A DNA stretch of 64,000 bases from Piedraia hortae CBS 480.64 (taxonomy: Eukaryota). Shown in pieces: positions 36,211 through 48,530 of the stretch. The notes below the pieces were generated by a model. The model did no database searches and was not told the origin of the DNA. It saw nothing but the letters and a program-made list of their open reading frames with translations. Position 1 is the first letter of the stretch; each line of letters starts with the position of its first letter. The stretch lies in the NCBI GenBank assembly GCA_010093745.1, contig MU005961.1:1-64000 (forward strand), read 5' to 3'. The position numbers were made by a program, and so were the translations under genes.

Positions 36211-37267
36211 GGATGTTTGTATCAAAAAATTTTGAAGTTATGTGAAGAGTTTGCTCGATAAGAATTTACACCAGCTTCTGCTGGGCGGTGGTGGTCTGAG
36301 AGTTTCGCCTCCAGCAGTAGCATGTCTAACCCCGTCTTCGTTGTGGCAGCAATGCCCCACTCCATTCCCCACCTCCGCCTTCCACAATCTCAGGAGGGTA
36401 TAGCCCGCAGATTTTTTCCTCCTTGTAGCCACTCATTCGACTCCCACAGAACTGTCAATTACAATGGATTGGACTTCTACTCGACCTCCCTTCAGTTCAC
36501 GCCCAAAAGTGCTCGGGCCCAGAGTAATCTTCCTTCCAGAATGGCTAGCACAGCTTACTCTTCGTGTATGCCAGTCTAGAATATTCACTTAATCAATTTC
36601 TCTACCTCTCTTCACAAAAATGGATCGCCGAGGCAATGGAAAAAGCGGAAATATTCCGCGACTGAATCGGGCAAGTATGAGGCTGACATGTCGTCATCTC
36701 ACCATGTCTCGTCACGCTTGACGCCATATCTTCACACTTGAGTTTACACTTGTCGAATTCATGCTACCCAATGGCTGCAATTATCGAGTATATTGTGTCA
36801 TGATTATTGCTGGGGCGCAGACGTCAGCCATTATAATGATTTTTATTCCGCATACTCCCTTGAGCAACGTCGAGAACCTTACGAAGGCATACGGGGTCCC
36901 AATGCCGAATATGACAACGATAACTGTGTAGACACTGTGTTGAGCTCATCCACGAAAGTTTAACAAACACCCCAGCTGAACTGCGAGCGGAGAATCTGCG
37001 GTCTCCCACAGATCTCAAACGTCAGCACTTTCCTCACCATGGTAAGTCTTCAAACCAGCCAAGCTACTCTTCAACATTGCTCCAGCTGCGGATATCCAGG
37101 CCAAAGCACACAAGTTCCAAGGCAGCAACTCTATCTACTTCTTCTGGGCTTTAGTTGAAATAGTCAGAGTCGATTTGAATGATTTGCTATGTTACTCTCA
37201 CGGGAACTTAGCTACGAGTAATGAAACGGTCTAATGAGGCGAATATGACTCAGGGTTATCATATTGC

Positions 37268-37575
37268 AATTCAGTTCAATTCAGATCGATCAAGTTCGAT
37301 GAAGTGATCAATTCAATTCGACCAAGGTCAATGCAGTTCGATCAAGATGATCAAGGCCGGTTCAGTTTGATCAAGGAAAATTTAGATCAAGCAAGGTCGG
37401 CTCAGTTTGGTCCAGTTCAATTCAGCTCCATCTGGTCCAATCCAGTTCAATTTAGTTCGATACGGTTCAATTCAGTTTGATTTCGTTCAATCCAGTTCAG
37501 GTTATCGATTCAAATCGATTCGATTAGGCTCCATTCCATTAGATCTGATTCGGTTCGGTTCGGTTCGATTCGATC
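37268..37575. repeat. Degenerate pentanucleotide satellite ((G/A)TTC(A/G))n, with GATCA/TCAAG variants
   Basis: About 300 bp of attcagttcaattcagatcgatcaagttcgat...ttcggttcggttcggttcgattcgatcc with 5-nt periodicity. Confidence 0.75.
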
Positions 37576-37712
37576 CGGGATCGAGAGCCTATCCAAAAGA
37601 TTGAGTACGCATGTATGAAATAGCTATAAGGATTATACGGCGGGAACAAAGCTTGGCATCACAGAGTCCGACGTTTCAACTCGCTCCATGTAGTATATTA
37701 TATCTCTCAAAG

Positions 37713-38293
<581 letters not shown>

Positions 38294-38359
38294 CTCTGAA
38301 AGGTTCAAGTGCAGTTGGCATTCACACGGTGGGTGGGAATATCCGCAAAGTAATTTTTT

Positions 38360-38782
38360 ATGGCGGAACAATTCCACATACGATTATACACGCGAAACCC
38401 GCTTGTCGAATTTCACACCGCAATGAAGCAACCACCTCGACCACTTCCGATCTCCGAACAACCACGACGGCCACCAGCAGCAGCAGCAGCTGTGACAAAC
38501 GAATCTTCATCGACTACACCACTCTGGCAACGGATCTTTCCTCAGACAGACGCGTCGAGCGATGCTCGAGTGGACAGTAACAAGGACATTCAGCGGGGGA
38601 TGGAGGCAACGAGGAAAGTTCTCAACGGCGGTGGACTCGATGCACGGTACCGGCCTGCTGCGCGGCGGGTGACGGCGTTGATCGTGGCATTGCCGTTTGC
38701 GATTGTCACGAGCTGGGAACTATACCAGCGGCGGTTCATGGGAAAAGAACAAAAAGAGTTTGGGACGAGAAAGAATGATTAG
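38360..38782 (+). CDS. Small hypothetical membrane protein
   Basis: C-terminal RYRPAARRVTALIVALPFAIVTSWELYQRRFMGKEQK single-TM motif. The start could be 38360 or the ATG at 38422. Confidence 0.65.
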   Translation: MAEQFHIRLYTRNPLVEFHTAMKQPPRPLPISEQPRRPPAAAAAVTNESSSTTPLWQRIFPQTDASSDARVDSNKDIQRGMEATRKVLNGGGLDARYRPAARRVTALIVALPFAIVTSWELYQRRFMGKEQKEFGTRKND

Positions 38783-38784
38783 TT

Positions 38785-39939
38785 TCACCATGCTGCGTGC
38801 CCGCCATCGATTCTCAAATCGCTGCCCGTCATGAAAGTGCTGGCGTCGCTGAGGAGGAAGACGGCGGCGCCGCGGTATTCTTCGGGTTTGCTCAACTTGC
38901 CCAACATGTTTTGCGTCGGCCAGTCACGTCGTCGTTCTGGGTATTTCTCAAATAAAGCTTCCACCATGGCCGTTACGATGTAGCCTGGCGAGATGGTGTT
39001 GACGCGGATACCGTATTGGCCCCATTCAGACGCCAGGTTCCGTCCCAGCTGGATGACGCCCGCCTTGGATGCGTTATAGGCTGGGCAGATGAGGCCCTTT
39101 CTTGGTCAGCGGATGGGTTCTGTGATTTTTCTGGGGCGAAGCTTACCCGGTTCGCAATCGTCCCGCTCATGCTGGCTATCATGGCGATGCTACCGCCGTT
39201 ACCCCAGCGAATCATCTCCTTGGCCACGGCCTGCGCCGCCATGAAAACGCCGGTAATGTTTACCTGACGGTGTGTTAATGGGAAATTTTGAATTAGGAAT
39301 TTATCCCTACCTCAAACATGGTATTGGCGTCCTGCGCGCTGTAATCCAAGGCCGGCGTCTCTTGTTGAATACCGGCTGCGGCTACGAGGCCGTCCATTCT
39401 GCCTTCATCATCCGAAATTTTTTTGACAATTTGATTCAGCTCCGGGACATTTCGCACGTCAATCTGTCGGTAATGCAGCGTTGTTCCTGGAAGCAATGTC
39501 AGCACCGAGATCCACAACAAGAGCCTGGGGACAATTACGTACCCAGATCCTTGGCCGCCCTCTCCTGCACGCGATAAAAGTCCGGGCTGGGCTCTGGCAG
39601 ACGATCCAATGCATAGACGGTCGCTCCGGCTTCGAGCAAGGCCTCTGCCTGGACCAGACCCAAACCACGAGCGGCACCGGTTACGAGCACAACGCGGTCA
39701 TGCAGACTAAACTCTGGGAGACGTTTTGATGTACCGAGAAACGTGGGCGGATGGATGTTGTCTTTGACATTTGCAAGATCCTCCCTAGGGGGCGGAGGCG
39801 GACTACGACCGGACACGGGAGGATTACCCCTTGGCGGATCATACTTGTGTTTGAATCGAACAAAGGGCACTACGGCGCGGCCGACAAGAGGAGACAAACG
39901 GGAGGTAGCCTTGGTCGCAGTACCGAGGAGCGAAGTCAT
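38785..39939 (-). CDS. Classical SDR, D-arabinitol/sorbose/mannitol dehydrogenase-like, with N-terminal extension, 4 exons
   Basis: LVTGAARGLG, GLVAAAGIQQETPA, IASMSGTIANR|GLICPAYNASKAGV, IRVNTISPGYIVT, FLLSDASTFMTGSDLRIDGGHAAW. Three GT-AG introns at about 39540-39486, 39310-39264 and 39147-39097. Confidence 0.9.
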
Positions 39940-40196
39940 GGGAGGACTAGGGGAGGGGCTATACGGGGGGATCAATTCGCCATTTTATCCATCTTCTGTA
40001 CTACCGCAGCCGGGCAATCCACTGTGATCCATGGGAACGGGATCGCGGGGGATGGAAGGTTAATCGGCTCACCTGGATCGGGAAATCCGGATGAGGGCCG
40101 TGCCTTGGTCATGACGTCGATAACAAGCAACCTTAGAAGCCGGCACAAGGCCCCTGAGCAACGAGAAGTAGATGCTAAACGGTATGTTAAATGCCC

Positions 40197-40880
40197 TTAC
40201 AAAACACCAGCACCAGGCTGTCTGACCATGATCGTCTGTCTCTCCCTTAATCCGGGGACACCATACTCCCCTGCATCAAACTCGATATCCCGCACCCTCA
40301 CAAACCCGTGTTTAGCATACAGCGGCCTCGCCGTATCCGTGGCTTCGAGGTAGGTCATCAACGATTTCGCATCCGCGAGCTCCAGGATTTGATTCAACAA
40401 CAATCTCCCCGCGCCTCTACATTGATGTTCGGGTTCGGTCGCCAACATGGCGATATAACAATGCGTCTTCCCACCGACATAGTCTCTCCTCAACCTCTCG
40501 TTTAGCGCGAACCAGTCCCGATTCATGGGAGGATCCCTTTCGTGGCCGACATCTGCGGGGCTGGCAAGCTCAGCATCGGAGTACGTCTTGAACTCGAATT
40601 TGGCAAACGAGACAATGTTGCCAGACTCTTGGTCGATAACTTTGAGGAAGCGGGTCACAGGCGTGGAGATGGCGAGACAGGCCGTGTATGCTTCCACGGC
40701 GCGAGCCACGTGTGAGGCGTCATGGGCGTCGCGAAAGGAAAGCTGCTGGTTGGCAGTTTCGTGGCGGAAAGCGCTGAACTCGATCGATACCAGACGTGCT
40801 GCATCGTCGGCTTTGGCAGTTGCGATGGTGAAGCCTGCCCCTGTCGAGCCGTCTGACCCGTCGTCATACACATACGGCAT
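40197..40880 (-). CDS. GNAT-family N-acetyltransferase
   Basis: Motif A YIAMLATEPEHQCRGAGRLLL and motif B TYLEATDTARPLYAKHGF. Confidence 0.88.
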   Translation of the reverse strand: MPYVYDDGSDGSTGAGFTIATAKADDAARLVSIEFSAFRHETANQQLSFRDAHDASHVARAVEAYTACLAISTPVTRFLKVIDQESGNIVSFAKFEFKTYSDAELASPADVGHERDPPMNRDWFALNERLRRDYVGGKTHCYIAMLATEPEHQCRGAGRLLLNQILELADAKSLMTYLEATDTARPLYAKHGFVRVRDIEFDAGEYGVPGLRERQTIMVRQPGAGVL

Positions 40881-43166
40881 TTTGAAAGAGTAGACAAGAT
40901 TTTTCTGGACAAAAGGGAAAAGCTGGCAACCTCAAGGCAAGGGAAATATTAAGAGAAAAAACCCCCCACCAGGACGGAAAGAAAAAACCCTACCGGAAAC
41001 GGGGAGAAACTGGTTGGAAGTTCTGACATCCCGCGCTGACGATTGAGACGAACGATGCTGGAGATCATGTGGGCGGGCGGGTGGACATGGGGTAGACGGG
41101 GGTGCGAAGGAGGGGGGAGGGGTATACCCGTCACCGGGTGTCAGGGCAGATGAGCAGCGGTTTTGTGTCAAAAAACAGCTGGTGCCCCATTTAACCTGAG
41201 CGGGGCCTTTTTTTCAAAAAAAAAAAAAAATCAATCTTAAGGGGACGTTAGTGACCAGGATCTCTATCCCCCACTTGGGTAACACAGAGAGATACGCGAC
41301 CGTTTTTGCACTCTCGGCAGTTGAGAGAAGAGGTCGTCAATCGTCGGCTTTTCCTTGTCACCTAGTGCGTTTCCAGGTAGATTACGGCAACCGATTTCGT
41401 GGGGGAAGGACTTCTTCCGGTGTGGGGGTTGCGCGGGGGTTGGAGAACCACCATCATTTCCAGAATCAAGGTACGGTGTGGGTTTGGGCACGAAGACGGG
41501 TGGAAAGACGACATGTGAATGGGTAATCTTTGTGAAGCAATGTGCGAGGTTGCCGATCGGACCGGATGATGCCGGTTTCAGGAAGTTCAATGTCCGTTTG
41601 AACCGTTAGCGCGGGCTCCGGTGTGGAGGGATCTGCATCTAGCTTTTCGGAAAGGCGGTGTGACAGATTGCGTTGTAAGTAGTACAAGGATCGTGCTCAT
41701 GGCACTTGACATGTCCCAGAAAGCTGTTCTGTAGTTACTCCTCGGGCATGATGTCGTTGAGCACTCTGATGATTGGCATGCACGGAGTAGATGTATTTGT
41801 CAGAGTTGCGGACTGAAATGGCAGAGAGTTGAGGTTAGGGCCGTTGGAACGTTAGGATCGTCTCCCACGCTAGCTAAACCTACGTTAGCCGCATTCAACC
41901 ACGTCACCAGGCACTGCTTGGTGACGTGGCAGAATGTATGCTGGAAGGTGTCCGTAACTTCCTCAAAGGTGAAAGCTGTGGGAAGCATGACTGCGGTCCT
42001 GCAACAGGAACTCTCCCTTGAGAACACAACTGTATGAAGGTTAAACGGCAGACCAGGCGTCTTCCTTTGGGCCTCCCGGAAGAAACATACTTTGACGCCC
42101 GCCAGTTATACAGAAGTCACAAACATTGGAAAGTACCTGACGGTTGCTACAAGACAGCTAATATCTTTTACGTTCAAGCCAATGTACCCTTTCTCCCATG
42201 ATAAAGAACACTGGCGTATCATTTCATCCACATATGGATGCAAAAACTAAGCATCTCCCTTGCCACCTTGTATGAATCGGCAACAACGTAGTGCAGCATC
42301 CACATTATGCCCCAGGAATCCCTTTCCCGTTGCGTGTGAATAGCGCAGTCGTACGTCCTCGTCAACGACCACATCTCCACTGTGCATCCTGCACTCGCCA
42401 CGTATAAAACAGTAGCAGCCTTTTCGTAGAGTTCATCGCCACTCCCATGACGTATGAATACCTCAACATCCATGCATCTCCCTTCACACCACCACACGTG
42501 GATTCCATATCTTCCTGCAAGAAGCACTTTCTCCCCTCGATACAGAATTCAAGTCTAAGATATGTAAGCCAAGAATTTTGGGAAAAGGGAATTATCTCTC
42601 TTGGACATTCCAGATTTTCGGTGCGGTAACAACAGCCTAAAGTATCATCCCCTCACCAGAAATCTCTCTCTCTCCGATTAAAAAGTGTAGCATACGCCGC
42701 TCACCATACAGAGGTAGCAATCATATTTTCCTGTGTGCGGAAATGCCCTGTTCCTGATCCGATAAAGAACACAAATGCATGAAACCGCTCGAGTCTAGCA
42801 ACGGGAGGCCAATCATCTCTAGCCACCATATCCCCTCATCGGATAGCTCTAAGATTGAATGATTTCGTCAGCGACTACGTTCCCCTTGAGGCGTAGAACA
42901 GCACGAACAACGTTTAGGTACCATTGGCATGTCTCGTCAAGGAAGCTTTCCCCGTTCCTTAAGAGCAAAAGCGTATGATCGCGAAAACGACCACATCTCC
43001 CTCTGAATTCTAGCACCGCCACATAAAAACCAGTAACATCCTGACATCTCGTCAAGGCCCCCGTTCTCCAGTCTTCACACAAAACAAATAATTCCTACAC
43101 CTCAATATCATGTACAAAAAACCCACTAAACCTACAATCCCTACACCGTGAATCCCTTCCTAGTTT

Positions 43167-44648
43167 CTACAAAGAAGCATACTCCAACCAACACTTGACC
43201 AAACCCTTATACCTCTCCTTCCACCCCGCGACCTTTACAACCAACGCAACCTCAAACTTCTCATCCTCATCAACAGCCACGCCATCATCATCATCCCCTT
43301 GTTCCAGCGCAATCAACTCATAAACCCTCCCCCACGTCACATCGCCCCCTGTCCTCTTCACCTGTCGAAGCACATTACAAAACGAAACCACAACCTCATC
43401 GATCGCCGCATCCATAGCACTCTTCACAACAACCGCGTCGGGAGTCTCACTCTTCACAACCCCTTCAGAGCATTCATCCCCCTGTGCCGTAAGCCCAATA
43501 GGCGGCTCAATAAAATTGACCGCATGGGGCATCATGCCTCTATCATCACCCATAGCAGCCTGAATCAAGGGTTCATCTTCCTTCCAAATCATCCAGTCAA
43601 TCAGTCGCTCCCCCGCAACAAGTTTCGCAGAAACCAGCCTCTTGATATCCCTGGGCGAGATGAATCCATCATCATCAAAATCAAACCCCTTTACCGCGCG
43701 GTCGAGCGGCTCAAACGCCTTGGGGCCATGGAGGTATTCCTGTCCAGAAATAAACTCATCAAGTCCAATGACCCCGTTGCCGTCAACGTCATAAAACGCA
43801 AATATGCGGTCAATCAGCGTCTTGACGGAGCCATGATCTGCGGAGGGGGAGCCCACCAAGAGGGAGCCTTCGAAGTCTGTGGGGGCGACGGAGGGGTAGC
43901 CATGGTCTGCGTAGCCTGCGTAGCCCTCATCGCCCCCCTTCTCCCCCTCACCCTTCCCCCCATTCTCACCAACCACCCCCCCAAAAAACCTCCCAAACGC
44001 CCCCCTCCCTATCCCCACAAACAGTCCCACATTATCCCCCCCAAAAACCGTATCCATCAGCACCTCAAACCTCTGCATGTAAGCCTCAACCCCCTCAACC
44101 GTCAGGTCGTGCTCCCCAACCAAATAATCCCGCGCAGCCTCTCGCGCAGCGGGCGTCACCTCCACCGGTGCATTCCCCATCTGCCCATAGATCCCTTGCC
44201 TTAATCCATACTCCGCCCTACCCATAAGCCCCGGAACAGGCACCCTAATCTTCCCAAAAACATGGCCCCCCTGCTTATGCGCTCCCCTCCCTTCACACGC
44301 CTCACACGCCTCACACGGGCAATTCAGACACGAATACCGCACCCCCCGGATTGGAAAAACCCCGCAGATTGAGCATTTGATCCCGCGGTGGATTGTAGCT
44401 TCGCTTTGTGCGCGCGAGGAGGCAAGCGCGTAGAGGAGGGATTTGAGCTCTGAGGTGGGGGGGCGACGGCGGGGGCGGGGGCGGGGGCGGAGGAGGGCGT
44501 TGCGGCGGGTGAGCAGAGGAGAGATGTTTTCGGAAGGGGTTTGATGATTGGTGGGAACCAGGAGGTAGAGCCCATAGAGGGTTATCGCGGTGAGGATGGC
44601 TATGGCTGCGGCGCGTTGGGGCGGGGTTAGGGAACTTGGGAGAGACAT
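43167..44648 (-). CDS. ZZ-type zinc finger and EF-hand protein with an N-terminal TM anchor
   Basis: IHRGIKCSICGVFPIRGVRYSCLNC..CEACE...HVFGKIR (ZZ). EF hands FYDVDGNGVIGLDEF and FDFDDDGFISPRDI. Confidence 0.85.
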   Translation of the reverse strand: MSLPSSLTPPQRAAAIAILTAITLYGLYLLVPTNHQTPSENISPLLTRRNALLRPRPRPRRRPPTSELKSLLYALASSRAQSEATIHRGIKCSICGVFPIRGVRYSCLNCPCEACEACEGRGAHKQGGHVFGKIRVPVPGLMGRAEYGLRQGIYGQMGNAPVEVTPAAREAARDYLVGEHDLTVEGVEAYMQRFEVLMDTVFGGDNVGLFVGIGRGAFGRFFGGVVGENGGKGEGEKGGDEGYAGYADHGYPSVAPTDFEGSLLVGSPSADHGSVKTLIDRIFAFYDVDGNGVIGLDEFISGQEYLHGPKAFEPLDRAVKGFDFDDDGFISPRDIKRLVSAKLVAGERLIDWMIWKEDEPLIQAAMGDDRGMMPHAVNFIEPPIGLTAQGDECSEGVVKSETPDAVVVKSAMDAAIDEVVVSFCNVLRQVKRTGGDVTWGRVYELIALEQGDDDDGVAVDEDEKFEVALVVKVAGWKERYKGLVKCWLEYASL

Positions 44649-44974
44649 TGTCGGTGTTTTTGGTGTGGGTCACGGTGGAGGGCGGGATTAACATATTGCC
44701 CATGAAGGGAGGAGGGGCAGGGGGGTGGAGGGGAGGAGGGGAGAGGAAGGTGCGGTTAGAGGATGATTGAAAATGTTCCCTCGGTGAGTCATCGTGGGAA
44801 AGTGGCTGCTCAGCACTGGTTTAGAGTGTGAATTGCCAAGACTGACAATAGTATAGTCAAGGGTTTTGACAACTCTGTAGCTACTTGAGATGGAAACGTC
44901 ATAGCACATCCTACATGGCTATTCTACAGTCCATTTAAAGAACGCCACGCTAGAAACAAATTGCCATCCAACTC

Positions 44975-47075
44975 CTAAACGCCTCCGTCGATATTGGTCG
45001 GCGCTATTCGCCGCTTCTTCTCCCCTTGGGATGCAGCCTCGGGCCCCTCGCTGGGACGCTTCTGCGCGATGCCGTACCCGGGAGTCTGCGGTGGTGTAGA
45101 CAGAGGTATACTGGGAACCATTGTCGCCACGGGAAGAGGACTGAATGTGATGGTGCTTGGGTCGGGTCGTGCGCTTGCTTCTGTCACGGCGCTGGAAGCG
45201 GATATGCTGCGAGCGGGCGAAGCGGGACGGGCAAAGGATATGCTGGGCGACGGCATCGAGGCATTGCTGTGTGATGCTGGCCGACCGCTAATGTGACCTT
45301 CGTGAGCCGAGACAGAAGTAGCGTGTGGCCTTGCCGGCGTAGGACCCGCCGGCTGCCTTGACGGTGCAGGCGGGGCACGAACAGTGCCCAGCTCACCAGG
45401 AGCAAAAGCCAAGACGGAGCAGTATCCGTCAGACGACGTTATCAGCAGCGTTTGGCCATCACTGGACCATGTGAGGTCTGTGAATGTGGCATAGTGAAGA
45501 TTACTGACTATGCAGATAGGATGTGACTGCTGAGTGTCGTAAATGTGCACAGAGTCTTGAGTGGCAACGGCATAGACGATGCGGTAGGGCAAGCCAAAGG
45601 CCGGCGTGGGACCCGGGGGCACGCTTTCGTAAGACGTACCGTTTGAAGACGCTCCCGGGGGATGCATTGAGGGATGTGAAGTTGGAGCAGGACGAACTGG
45701 CTTGGCTGGCTCCGGCAGGGCAGTAATGTCCTCTGCTGCTCGCGTGTCCAGTGTGATTTCCCGCGTATCCACACTCTGGCCGCGGAGAGTGTAGTATATG
45801 GGCGAGCACTTGACCACCACCGACGGCTTCTTGTAGCCAGGCAAGAAGGCCACGGGCGGCTTATTGAGACCGGCCCTAGTATAGATATAGACCGTATGGA
45901 CCATGTCGTCGCCAGTCTTGGTACCGTCTGCAGAGACATGAGCGGTTCGATATTCGCCGGCTGGAGTGAAGAGTAAACTTCCATCGGGAGAAAAGGTTAG
46001 CCTTCGGAAGAATGATATCAGACTCTCGTTGGCGTATATCTTGGCATTCCTGGTCGGCACCGCACCGAGAATGGGCGAAGCAGACGGCATGACTGCTGGA
46101 AGCGGTAGAGACGGACTTGGCGAGGCGGATCTGGCAATGCTGGGGGCGGCCTGAGAACCGACCGACGACCTTCGACTGTGAGAAGTTGGCGGAGGATTCA
46201 TGGGCAACGCCAGCGACTGCGGAGTGCCTGGTGCCGACATTCTGGGCGAGCCCACGGCTTCTCCCATGTGCGAGGTCCGACGATTGCTAAAATCCGGAGG
46301 AGCTGGACTGTTGGACGACGGCCGTCTGAGAGGGAGATCCATCCGGGCCATTTTGTTGTGAAGAGAAGTTTCACACTTGTTCTTCAGAGCATAGACGTGA
46401 ACAGAGCGGTCACAGGACTGAGTGGCTACGTATTCGTTCAAAGGATCCCACGCAACGCCCTGGACGTGGTGATTGTGTTCTGCTATCTGTCCCACGGTTT
46501 TGGCTGCTTCGTCAGTTTGTTTTCCCAGTAACAGCGTGTCCAGACATACCGGTACTGACGTTGATTATACGGGCAACGTTGTCCATACTGCCGATGATGA
46601 GGAAATTGCCATCGGGCGACCAGGCGAGATCGTAAATCTCAGAGCCGTTGGTGTCTCTGCACATTTGCTTGACCTTCCAGTGCTCGACATCATCGACGCC
46701 GTCGTTGTCGAGCGAAGCGTACGGCGCTGCATGGTCGGTAGGAACCCAGATGAGAACGTTACCGTCATCGCCGGCCGAGGCCAGCATTTCACCGCGCGGC
46801 GACCAGCGGACGACATTGACGGCTCCGGCATGTTTCTTCAGCGTCGACAGATATCTGACCGTCCGCTCCTCGCCCTTGGCTTCAATATGCCATAGCTGTT
46901 AGTCGTTAGCACATGTTGTTCACTCGTAGAGGGATGGACCGTTACTCACTCTCACATTGTGGTCGCCGCCGGCGGTGGCCAGACGACCGTTTCCGTTTGG
47001 CTCGAAGTGGGCCGAGTAGATGGGCGAATGCTCCTCGCTGCCGTGCCAGGCGACCAGGAGCGGAGTAGCTTTCAT
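44975..47075 (-). CDS. CAC2: Chromatin assembly factor 1 subunit B (p60/Cac2), WD40
   Basis: MKATPLLVAWH...RLATAGGDHNVR|LW, AVNVVRWSPRGEMLASAGDDG, EIYDLAWSPDG, VQGVAWDPLNEYVATQS, FFRRLTFSPDGSLL, C-terminal B-like motif KKRRIAP. Two introns. Confidence 0.92.
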
Positions 47076-47236
47076 GATGGAGTGGAAGAAGAGTGAGAGG
47101 AATTGGAGTCCATGTGCAGCATGAGACGAGGGGCCGCTGCACGCTCCCCCCCCCCCCCCCCAGAGACTTTTTACGACTACGGATATTGCAGATGTGATTG
47201 GGCCGTTGGGGCAGTCCACCTGCGTTGCCAAGACTT

Positions 47237-47893
47237 CTACTCTAGCTTTCCTACGGGCTGGAGGGCATACGTCTTCACGGGAAACAAGCCGCGGGGGAAA
47301 CCCCGCTGAAGCTCGCTCAACACGACGCTGAAACCCGCATCGCGGAACAAACGCTTAAACTTGGCCTCGGTGCGTGTGACGCTGTGATCCTGGTCGTCAA
47401 ACACGTCGTTGTCCGATGTGCTCTCGTTCTCCTTGACCACCACCCAGCCACCGGCCCGTAAATGGTTGGGCAGTTTTGTGAGAAAGTCAACGACCTGCGC
47501 GTCTGTGAGTTGGCCGATGCACCACTGCACCCATATCAGGTCGTAGACGCCTGTCGGCTGCCAGTCTTGAAGGCCGACATTGTAAATCTCGCCCACATTT
47601 GCTCCGCTGATCTCGTCTGTAAACTTCTTGACCGGTTCCACCACGTCCACCACGTCTGCAACGTGCGAGAGGAATCCTGTAGTAATACGTCCGATGCCGG
47701 CGCCGCAATCAACCGCCCTGCCCAGCTTTGTGTCTAGACTGTGGAGCTTGGCAAGAAAGTTTCTGGAGCCTTGCAGGTCCGTACGCGAGAGCTCCGGATA
47801 GCCGCCCAGCACGCCATTGACGGTGGCTTCTGTCTTGGACCAATATTCCAGCGCTGCCTCATGATTAATCAAGGAATCTGGCTGGTCATTCAT
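47237..47893 (-). CDS. TAE1: Alpha-N-terminal protein methyltransferase 1 (NTM1/Tae1)
   Basis: YWSKTEATVNGVLGGY, DCGAGIGRIT, YDLIWVQWCIGQLTD, VVKEN, DDQDHSVTR, GLFPVKTYAL. Confidence 0.93.
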   Translation of the reverse strand: MNDQPDSLINHEAALEYWSKTEATVNGVLGGYPELSRTDLQGSRNFLAKLHSLDTKLGRAVDCGAGIGRITTGFLSHVADVVDVVEPVKKFTDEISGANVGEIYNVGLQDWQPTGVYDLIWVQWCIGQLTDAQVVDFLTKLPNHLRAGGWVVVKENESTSDNDVFDDQDHSVTRTEAKFKRLFRDAGFSVVLSELQRGFPRGLFPVKTYALQPVGKLE

Positions 47894-47946
47894 AGTTAAA
47901 TGTTGTTGACGATGAAAGAACTATTTAAGGGGAAAGAAAAAAAAAA

Positions 47947-48417
47947 CTACTCTTCACTCAATGGGTTCTCGTCAGCTACATTAACTATGTTAGAGACACA
48001 TTTCATGGCTGGTCAAAAACTCACGCTGTAAAATTCCTTCCTTGACCAGATCAGCAGGTTTGGGTCGTGCTTGCAGCTGTTTCTCCAAGCTGTCAGCACG
48101 CATGTGTTTCTGCAACTCCTTTTGTTTCTCCTGCAAGGCCGGAGCCGCCGTGCTGTTTGGCAGGATATTTTTCTCAATCAGCGACTCCTTTTCCGGGCGC
48201 TTAGAGAGTCCCTCCCTGCGTCAGCGGGTGAATTCCAACTCCCGTTTCAGCATACCTTTCGCAGGTTATCCATGATGCGCTGGCGTTCCAGCTCGGCCTG
48301 GCGCGCCTGCAGAGCTGGAGCCGCCGTCGTATCCAGCAGGATATGACGGTTCTTAAGCTCTTGCTCGTTTGGGCGTGTCTGTAAGTGTTTTTCCAAGGAT
48401 TCTCTATCTGTAGACAT
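47947..48417 (-). CDS. RPEL-repeat protein, 3 exons
   Basis: Three RPEL-type repeats: LEKHLQTRPNEQELKNRHIL, LRK|GLSKRPEKESLIEKNIL, LEKQLQARPKPADLVKEGIL. Introns at 48255-48212 and about 48024-47976. Confidence 0.85.
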
Positions 48418-48530
48418 AATTGTTTTCATTAAGGTGGGGGGGGGGGGGTGGTGTCATTCTTGAAGGTCATGTCACGCGATGCCAAGACTGGGAATCCACC
48501 TACATGGATTACTTGGGTTGAGTAACTACT

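Noticed and set aside
37407..37604. ORF rich in F/Q/S/I
   Set aside because: Arises from the pentamer satellite and has a TTG start.
43299..44204. 301-aa plus-strand ORF
   Set aside because: Antisense shadow of the ZZ/EF-hand gene caused by the C/A-rich skew.
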